64,000 bases of DNA from Candidatus Limnocylindrales bacterium (lineage in GTDB: Bacteria > Moduliflexota > Moduliflexia > Moduliflexales > JAUQPW01), in contig DATMBG010000026.1 in the NCBI GenBank assembly GCA_035559535.1, positions 1-64,000 on the forward strand. The letters are read 5' to 3'. The notes beneath the pieces were generated by a model, which was not told the origin of the DNA, made no database searches, and saw nothing but the letters and a program-made list of their open reading frames with translations. Below are positions 57,067-64,000 of the stretch, piece after piece. The stretch's first letter is position 1. The number at the start of each line of letters is the position of its first letter. Position numbers and translations under genes: made by a program.

Positions 57067-58356
57067 CTACGGTTTTCCAGGTCCGGTCATCGTCAGGGGA
57101 GGTAAATCGCGACTGATATCTTGAATAACCCGGAGGATTCGGCGGATATCTTGGGGTTGGAGTCCCGAGTAAACGGGCAATTGTAGGGTTCCTTCGGTTG
57201 ATTCGGCATGGGGACACGGGGAGGTGTAAGGAGCAAATAGCTCCAAGCGGGTACATATGTCCACATGCATGATTTCCATATCTATACCACGGCGGATTGC
57301 GCGACGGCTTAAGGTAATGGGATCTGAGGTGCGTATGCAATATTGGTAATAAACCGGCGAGGTATAAGGAAGGGTCTGGGGTGGCAAAATCGATTGGATT
57401 TCTTTCAAGCCTTCCGTCAATCGGCGGGCATGTTCTTGACTCTTTGCATTCAATTTATCAATTACTTCCAGTACTTTCAGTCCGATGACGGCCTGGGCAT
57501 TACTATAACGTCGTCGATAGGCTGAAGGTAGCGGATCCAGGGGTCGAATTTTTTCCCAAATGTAACGTGTTAAATCATGGTGTCCGAAGAAGGAGGCAAT
57601 GTAAAAAGCCGGAAAAAGACTGAAAGTAAACCCATAGGGGCTGATGAAAGCCCGTTGAAGATATCCGGAGAACAGTTTCGATATAACCTCCCTGGTTGAA
57701 GGCCAGGGTTCTGCTTCGGCCAGTTGCCGAATTCGTTCGGCCAGCCGGTCATCGTTAGTGATGGCCATTCCTCCCCCGTAAGTATTCAATCCTTTGAGCA
57801 TTTGAAAGCTAAAGAAAGCAGCATGACCAAATGTTCCAGTTTTAGATCCTCGATAGGTAGCTCCAATGGCATGGGCGCAATCCTCGATGACATAAAGTCC
57901 ATGCTGTTTTGCAATGGCTAAGATAGGGTCCATATCGCAGGGTTGTCCGTAGAGATGAGTCGGTACGATGATTCGTGTTCGCTCGGTTATTACGGTCGAA
58001 AGAGCCTGAGGGTCCAAATTGTAGGTATAAGGATCAATATCGACGAATACAGGCCGTAATCCTGCCACCCGTGCCATTTCAGGAATAACCCAAAACGTCA
58101 GGGCAGGGAAGATAATTTCGGAGCCGGGGGGCAGGTCCAACGCCCGAAGGATATAATAAAAGGCCATACGTCCGTATGAAGCCGTGATAGCATGGCGAAC
58201 ACCATGATAAGCAGCAAACTTCTCTTCAAATTGTCGAATGGCGGGGCCCTGAACCCCCTGACCCCTCAAAAATGTTTTAAGTAAAGCCTGAGTGGTTCCG
58301 GGGACCTGCCGGGCGCCATAACGTGCGATAGTTCGAATCATATTCTCTTTGTCCAT
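57067..58356 (-). CDS. DegT/DnrJ/EryC1/StrS PLP-dependent aminotransferase
   Basis: PTHLYGQPCDM, IEDCAHA, FSFQMLK (PLP Lys); start 58383/58356/58341 uncertain. Confidence 0.92.
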   Translation of the reverse strand: MDKENMIRTIARYGARQVPGTTQALLKTFLRGQGVQGPAIRQFEEKFAAYHGVRHAITASYGRMAFYYILRALDLPPGSEIIFPALTFWVIPEMARVAGLRPVFVDIDPYTYNLDPQALSTVITERTRIIVPTHLYGQPCDMDPILAIAKQHGLYVIEDCAHAIGATYRGSKTGTFGHAAFFSFQMLKGLNTYGGGMAITNDDRLAERIRQLAEAEPWPSTREVISKLFSGYLQRAFISPYGFTFSLFPAFYIASFFGHHDLTRYIWEKIRPLDPLPSAYRRRYSNAQAVIGLKVLEVIDKLNAKSQEHARRLTEGLKEIQSILPPQTLPYTSPVYYQYCIRTSDPITLSRRAIRRGIDMEIMHVDICTRLELFAPYTSPCPHAESTEGTLQLPVYSGLQPQDIRRILRVIQDISRDLPPLTMTGPGKP

Positions 58357-58412
58357 TGTCCATGGGCCTTCAGGATTTGTCAAGTATAAAGAACCCTGGA
58401 CAATGGACGGTA

Positions 58413-59816
58413 TCAGCTAATCGCTTTAGGCTCCTGAGAGGTAAAATAAGCCATTTCAATCTCACGTTGACGCCGTTGGGCATACGCATCCCAGCGTTGG
58501 ACCCATTTGGCAAAACAATTTGGAAGCCCCAGATAATTCCATCCCCAGGAGGGTCGGATATAGAACCGGCTATAGGCGGTCGTAAGCATAAATAGAAGTT
58601 GTTCATGGGTTAGGTTAGGGTGTTTAAAAGTAGGAGTATAGCCATCGAATTTCTCTAAATCAGTTTCGGTAATAAGAGACTCCATGCGTTTACGAAGAGG
58701 GGTTCCGGGGTAAGGGGTCAGAATCTTAAACAGGGCCATCGTACTATTTAAATCGATGGAATAATCAATGGTAGCCTGGATACTTTCTATGGTATCGGTT
58801 AAGAACCCTATTACATAGAACCCCACCGTCATGATTCCTTTTTTACTACAATAAGAGATGATGTCCTTTTGGTGTTCCGGAGGGATAGGTCTTCGGCCAA
58901 CGCGCTTGAGGGTATTGGAATCGACCGACTCTACTCCAAAGGTTAGAGCACGCAATCCGGCTCTATAGAGGAGATCAATCAACTCTTTATCTAAACTATC
59001 CAGTCTGGTCTCACACTCAAATCGGACCGGAAGGTTCTTGCGGATGATTCCTTCGGCAATCGCCATACTCCGGTCTCTTTCCTCTGTAAAGAGAGGATCC
59101 CGGAAGACCAGGAAAACTCTACCGTATTGACGGCAAATCTGCTCAATCTCTTCAAGCACATTTTGGGGACTACGGGCCCGATAAACTGCCGTAATACGAT
59201 GAGGACAATACGTACAGAACTCCGGACAACTTCGGCTGGATAGTAAAGGAAAAACCGATCGCATGGAGAAGAGGGAATGACCTACGGCATGGCCGAATCT
59301 TCTTCGGTACACTAAATCCCATCGAGGAAACGGTAAAGAATCCAGATCCTGGATGGTCGAACTGACAACGGGACCCTTCAAGATTTCGCCCTGGGCTAAC
59401 CGCAGGGCAGCATGCTCGGGTTCTCCTTTAATGATGAAATCCCCATGACCGGCTAATACTTCTGGGACATGGGTTGCAAAAGTCCCAAAAAATCCAACCT
59501 GCATTCCATATCTTCGCCTGGCTTCTTCCGCCCATTGAATCTCATGTCGAAAATCTACAATTGAGGTTAAGACCAGGGCCAGATCTCCCGGTATCCACTT
59601 GTTATCCGTTACATAAACCTCGTGTCCGGCCTGGGCAAAAATAGCAGCCAGATAACCGAGTTGAATACTGGGCAAATTCCGATAAAGCTTCCGCATCCGT
59701 TCCACCACACGAGTCGTCCATGAAATACCCCGAAACCGGGACCCATAACCCCCGGCAATAGTATCTTTACTGACCACTCCGTTTTGTCCTTTTAAATCTG
59801 CCAAGACTACTCGCAT
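58413..59816 (-). CDS. B12-binding-type radical SAM protein
   Basis: KGEPE, DLDSLPFPRW, SRSCPEFCTYC (CxxxCxxC), GVES, TPYPGTPL; GGGAGG RBS before ATG 59816. Confidence 0.9.
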   Translation of the reverse strand: MRVVLADLKGQNGVVSKDTIAGGYGSRFRGISWTTRVVERMRKLYRNLPSIQLGYLAAIFAQAGHEVYVTDNKWIPGDLALVLTSIVDFRHEIQWAEEARRRYGMQVGFFGTFATHVPEVLAGHGDFIIKGEPEHAALRLAQGEILKGPVVSSTIQDLDSLPFPRWDLVYRRRFGHAVGHSLFSMRSVFPLLSSRSCPEFCTYCPHRITAVYRARSPQNVLEEIEQICRQYGRVFLVFRDPLFTEERDRSMAIAEGIIRKNLPVRFECETRLDSLDKELIDLLYRAGLRALTFGVESVDSNTLKRVGRRPIPPEHQKDIISYCSKKGIMTVGFYVIGFLTDTIESIQATIDYSIDLNSTMALFKILTPYPGTPLRKRMESLITETDLEKFDGYTPTFKHPNLTHEQLLFMLTTAYSRFYIRPSWGWNYLGLPNCFAKWVQRWDAYAQRRQREIEMAYFTSQEPKAIS

Positions 59817-59931
59817 AAATCCCTCCCCATTTCCAGTATATAGTATTCTCGAGAATACCTTCAAAAGTACTCCATAACCACTTCTTTATAAGCCCATTAA
59901 CACATTGAAAAATGAACTAACCTATATTTCC

Positions 59932-59946
59932 GCAAATCCTATACCA
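59932..59946 (-). promoter_or_regulatory. Sigma54 -24/-12 promoter
   Basis: TGGTATAGGATTTGC on the minus strand. Confidence 0.75.
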
Positions 59947-60055
59947 TATTTCAGATAACTACCTATGAAGGGATAAGAACTTCGGAAAGAGCATGTCTGG
60001 TAAGCTTTTTGAATCATTATAAATCTTAAAAAGATTTTTTTAATTTTCTCGGAGA

Positions 60056-60100
60056 TACCTTAAAAAAGGTAAACTTTTTTGTTCTACCTTAAATCGGGTA
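60056..60100. promoter_or_regulatory. Tandem TACCT-N6-(A/G)GGTA enhancer-like sites
   Basis: TACCTTAAAAAAGGTA (60056-60071) and TACCTTAAATCGGGTA (60085-60100). Confidence 0.65.
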
Positions 60101-60428
60101 TATCTTCCCGGATTTATGAAGTAGCCGGAGAGAAAACCAGATTAGGCAGGATAAGGTATCATTGATGTCCAGTTGGATCTTATAAAAAGGATCCAACAGG
60201 ACCTAACCCGTTGGGAGGATCGACCGATTGCCTGTACTTTCTTGCCAGGAATTGCCCCTCTTCCGTTGCTGATGATCTATCGAGTCGAGATAAATATATT
60301 TTAGAAACGGCCAGACAACTATTCTCTATGGCCTTGGAACCGAAACGCTTTGCCTTAATTGAGGCTTGAAATCATGGTTTTGACGGCTATATAGAGGAAT
60401 TTTTCTATGTACTATATGAAGGACTACC

Positions 60429-61514
60429 ATGGATAGCCAAAATAACCCGTTGAACCCAGCTTTTATTTCACTGGTAAGACCTACTTTACAACTGATAAAA
60501 CAGGCCTCAGGATACTTATTTGCTTTCGTCTGTTTGGTATGGGTTCTTCGGGGTTTCCGATTTAACGAATTTCTGAAAAGTATTCCCACCATTCGGTGGA
60601 GATGGGTCCTATTGGCCATTATGCTGGATATCCTCAGTTACCTCTGTCAGGGTTTACGTTGGCAATTTCTTCTCCGACCTGTAGGGACTTTATCGATTTG
60701 GCAGGCCACTCAAGCTATTTATACAGGTCTGTTCATAAATGAAATTCTACCAATGCGCTTGGGTGAACTGGTTCGTGCTTATCTTGTTTCTCGTTGGCTT
60801 TCCGTTGTATTTAGCTCTGTAATTCCTTCTCTGGTTATGGAGCGTTTATTAGATGGGATTTGGTTGATAATAACCCTGGGCCTGATGACTATTTTTGTTC
60901 CACTGCCTAAAGACCTTTTAGAAACCGCTGGTTTGTCAGCAATGTTGGTCTTGACAGTTATAAGCCCGTTCATCTATGTCATCTTCCGTAAAAGCGCTAA
61001 AACTCCCACAGACAAAGATCGAAAAATATCTTCAAATTTGTCGGTGAATACCCTCTCCTTACGCTGCTTAATAACATCCTTTCTTGGAAATTTAATCCAT
61101 GGGCTTCAAAACATCGGTTTATCACGCTTTTTTTATTTAGCCCTTAGCCTTTCTTTTTTGGTCCTCTCCCTACAAGCCCTGGTCTTTTGGTTGGTTATGT
61201 GGGCTTATGGATTAAGGCTACCTTTTTGGGTGGGAGCGGCAGTTTTTCTTATTGTCCATCTGGGAACTGCTATTCCAACTGCTCCTGCTAACGTAGGAAC
61301 TTATCAATTCTTTTGTATGGTAGGTCTTACCCTCTTTGGGGTTGAAAAACCCCTGGCAGCAGGTTTCTCCATGGTCGTTTTCATCCTTTTAACCGGTCCA
61401 ATATGGATAATTGGCTTTTTGGCCATGAGTTATAGTGGAACTACATGGAGAACACTTCGAAAAGAAATTAATAAGTTACCCTATAATAGAGAAAACCAGG
61501 TAAGCTCTGAGTAG
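60429..61514 (+). CDS. Lysylphosphatidylglycerol-synthase TM-region (UPF0104, flippase-like) protein
   Basis: RWQFLL, NEILPMRLGELVRAY, MERLLDG, IPTAPANVGTYQ. Confidence 0.88.
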   Translation: MDSQNNPLNPAFISLVRPTLQLIKQASGYLFAFVCLVWVLRGFRFNEFLKSIPTIRWRWVLLAIMLDILSYLCQGLRWQFLLRPVGTLSIWQATQAIYTGLFINEILPMRLGELVRAYLVSRWLSVVFSSVIPSLVMERLLDGIWLIITLGLMTIFVPLPKDLLETAGLSAMLVLTVISPFIYVIFRKSAKTPTDKDRKISSNLSVNTLSLRCLITSFLGNLIHGLQNIGLSRFFYLALSLSFLVLSLQALVFWLVMWAYGLRLPFWVGAAVFLIVHLGTAIPTAPANVGTYQFFCMVGLTLFGVEKPLAAGFSMVVFILLTGPIWIIGFLAMSYSGTTWRTLRKEINKLPYNRENQVSSE

Positions 61515-61950
61515 ATATACTCTGCCAGTTTCAGTAATGTGAGGTAAAGATCGGCTTTACCTCTTATCTTATAGGGAAAACTGACTATCGTTCCCTGTCT
61601 TCCCCATGTAATCCCATTTTTACGTTGAAACATCGCATAAACTGCAGGAGTAGCCTCTTACGGCTGCCCCGTTTAAGGGCGATTCTAGGTGATCACCCTG
61701 CAGATTATACGACATTTCCATTTAGTTAGATTTAGTATAAGATGAAACTTTTTTGAGTGAACAAAAAGAAAGGTTGAATTCCTTTCTAATCAAGGCTAAA
61801 AACTCTCTATATTGTCAAGGTAAGGCAAATGTTATAAATTAGTTTAATAACTCTATTAATCACGTGAGAACCCAATAATCCTTTAAATGAGGGCAGATAA
61901 AGACCGGGTTTTTCAACTGTCCTCTAGAATCTTAAAATAAAAGGCCTATC

Positions 61951-62553
61951 TTGAGTGGATTAGAAAAGATTTTAGTGGGTTACTTTGAACATTTTACCTA
62001 CCTGGGTATTTTTACCGTTCTCCTTTTGTGCGGAATGGGAATTCCGATACCAGAAGATATTGTTCTGATTACGAGCGGGTATTTAGTCTATACGGGATAT
62101 ATTCGTCTTTCTTACACAATTCTGGTCTGTCTGGTTGGAGTTGTTTTGGGGGATTTTGTCATTTATCTGATCGGAAAAAGATGGGGGGAACAAATTATTA
62201 GTCATCATCGGTTTTCCAGGGTTCTTACCAAGGAGAGGGTCTATAAAGCCAGGGAATATTTTGCTAAATATGGAACCAAGGCGGTATTTATTGCCAGGCA
62301 TTTATCCGGACTTCGATTTCCTATCTACTTTACAGCCGGAATGGTTCGAATGCCGCCTGTAAAATTTGTTTTAGTAGACCTGGCCGCGGCTTTTATTACC
62401 GTCCCTTTACTTATCTCTCTCAGCTACTATCTCGGAGACCATATCGACCGGTTCATCCATATTGTTAAACAAACCGAACATGCTTTATTGGCAATTATGA
62501 TGATCGTGGTATTGTTATTCATTCTAACCCGGCTCAGGAGTAAAGAAGTTTGA
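61951..62553 (+). CDS. dedA: DedA family membrane protein
   Basis: GIPIPED, GDFVIYLIG, FIARHLSGLR, AGMVRM. Confidence 0.9.
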   Translation: MSGLEKILVGYFEHFTYLGIFTVLLLCGMGIPIPEDIVLITSGYLVYTGYIRLSYTILVCLVGVVLGDFVIYLIGKRWGEQIISHHRFSRVLTKERVYKAREYFAKYGTKAVFIARHLSGLRFPIYFTAGMVRMPPVKFVLVDLAAAFITVPLLISLSYYLGDHIDRFIHIVKQTEHALLAIMMIVVLLFILTRLRSKEV

Positions 62554-62561
62554 GAAGCCGT

Positions 62562-64000
62562 CTAGTGAGGTACCTCTCCCAATTCAGCCAGTATATTTTG
62601 GAGTTTTTCTTCATAGTCCCGCTTGAGGGCCAAGAGCTGAAGAGTAAATTCATCCCGAAGTCGAGCATATTCCTTTTCAAAACCCTGAGGCGCAAAGCTA
62701 TAAGTTCTGAATCGTAAACAGCCGACGGCAGGCTTGCCGTTTTCATATCGTATTCCAGAAGGCGTGACAGGAGTTGGAGTGTACCAAAGAGTTAAGGCAT
62801 TCTCAGGATCGGTTGTAGAGGACTCCAAAGAAAAATAATAGAACTTACCCTGTGAATCCACCAGGGGTGGAAATCGGAAAGTATACCAGAAGCCATCTCG
62901 AATGAAGCGGGCATCTGCCTTGATCATCACCAGGTCTTCCTTAGCCTCCGGATCAACTTTCAGTCTAAAAGTCAGATCACAGGTATTCAGCCGGTTGTAA
63001 GCGCCGGGCATGATATCTATTCTGCATAAATTGGGCCGTGTCGCTAAAAATGACTGGCCCACGACCCGCGGATAAAGTAAACTCCCCAGGGTTGCTTCGG
63101 ACTTATCCTGAACTACATCCAAAACCTCCCGTTGTTGATTTTCTTTCCTTACCTGAATTAAATCTAAAAGCAATTGGACAAGTTCCCAGTTGCTCCCTTT
63201 GGGTGGAGAATAGGGGAATGAGGGTAGAGAGGTGTGGGAGTGTGGGAGTGTGGGGGTGTGGGAGAATATACCCCCATACTCCCAGGCTTTCCCCGCCATG
63301 GAGGCAAAGTAAGTTTCAACGGATTTAAGGAGCTCTTGGTTATCTTTTTTCTTTGAAATTAACAGATGACTTCGATAGCCCGGTGCCCGATGGTCTGATT
63401 CATAAAAATGTAGATTGTAAAGTTTATTGATCATCAGGTCCAGGGGTTCAGGATCGTGAAGAGAAAGGATAAAGTGCCGAAGTATCATCATGAAAAGCCA
63501 GTTATATAAATATCCACTGGGAAAGAGGATATAATTCAGTTGTTTTTGTTTTAAAATTTCACAAACCTCTTCCAGCCGGGGCAGACCGTTTTGAAGGTGT
63601 TCGGTCAGAGGGACATTTACCCAACCTGTTTCCCGGATAATAAACTCGTAGAGCAGTTTTTCCGCTATCTGGGTACTTTCTTGATAGAAGGGAGCTCCCA
63701 GGAGTACATAATCCCCGGCGACCCGGAGAAGCTCCTCGATAAAGGTACTTCGTTCATTGGGGTGGATGTGCTCTAAAGTATCACAGGTCATTACTATCTG
63801 GAAGGAGCTATCCGGAAAGGGCAGTTGCGTACCGCTGCCTTTTACATATCCAGGCAGGGGACAATCCACAACGTCAAGAACGGTTACCTTTTCTTCTGAA
63901 AGAAAGAGAGGGGCCGGTAAAAGATCCTCACCCCTGAATCGAAAGTATCCACCCACATCTAGAATGGATAACTTTTCCGGACCTCGTTTTAAGATAGAGA
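62562..64000 (-). CDS. Class I SAM-dependent methyltransferase-domain protein (5' end beyond the window)
   Basis: Frame open to the window edge with SILDVGG motif I; LPFPDSSF..DTLEHI; C-terminal beta domain and coiled coil. Confidence 0.8.
   Translation of the reverse strand, partial: SILKRGPEKLSILDVGGYFRFRGEDLLPAPLFLSEEKVTVLDVVDCPLPGYVKGSGTQLPFPDSSFQIVMTCDTLEHIHPNERSTFIEELLRVAGDYVLLGAPFYQESTQIAEKLLYEFIIRETGWVNVPLTEHLQNGLPRLEEVCEILKQKQLNYILFPSGYLYNWLFMMILRHFILSLHDPEPLDLMINKLYNLHFYESDHRAPGYRSHLLISKKKDNQELLKSVETYFASMAGKAWEYGGIFSHTPTLPHSHTSLPSFPYSPPKGSNWELVQLLLDLIQVRKENQQREVLDVVQDKSEATLGSLLYPRVVGQSFLATRPNLCRIDIMPGAYNRLNTCDLTFRLKVDPEAKEDLVMIKADARFIRDGFWYTFRFPPLVDSQGKFYYFSLESSTTDPENALTLWYTPTPVTPSGIRYENGKPAVGCLRFRTYSFAPQGFEKEYARLRDEFTLQLLALKRDYEEKLQNILAELGEVPH
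63215..63284. repeat. 8-mer palindromic repeat inserted in frame within the methyltransferase CDS
   Basis: GTGTGGGAGTGTGGGAGTGTGGGGGTGTGGGAG...CCCCATACTCCCA encoding WEYGGIFSHTPTLPHSHTSLP. Confidence 0.75.

Overview
Chromosomal window (about 45% GC by eye) of a diderm bacterium (TolC and outer-membrane barrels present). No rRNA, tRNA, CRISPR-cas or intact transposase was seen. 0-25 kb is mostly transport and housekeeping: tandem family-5 peptide-binding proteins plus a relic third copy, DppB/C permeases, a large FG-GAP/beta-propeller surface protein, an FAA hydrolase, an NtrC-type regulator, two orphan solute-binding proteins, LysR, nfeD-stomatin, and a Liv-type ABC system with a fused double ATPase. 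25-62 kb looks like one coherent island. It has two HAMP-kinase/sigma54-activator pairs and eight sigma54 (-24/-12) promoter matches. Two related palindromic enhancer families (TACCT-N6-AGGTA and ATCCT-N6-AGGAT) sit upstream of cell-envelope genes: GT-C/GT2 glycosyltransferases, PepSY proteins with an ABC exporter, an RND-TolC-MprF-like-AcvB/VirJ operon, a B12-type radical SAM with a DegT aminotransferase, and a His/Lys-rich peptidoglycan-binding protein. An LPG-synthase-TM flippase-like gene and dedA lie at the island's right end. This putative sigma54 envelope/lipid-remodelling regulon is the best candidate for an undescribed system. Intergenic DNA is rich in non-autonomous repeats (GTAG-REPs, 8-mer and 7-mer palindromic tandem repeats, a MITE-like family), some of which have entered coding frames. 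All functional calls are from motif recognition by eye; no database searches were run.
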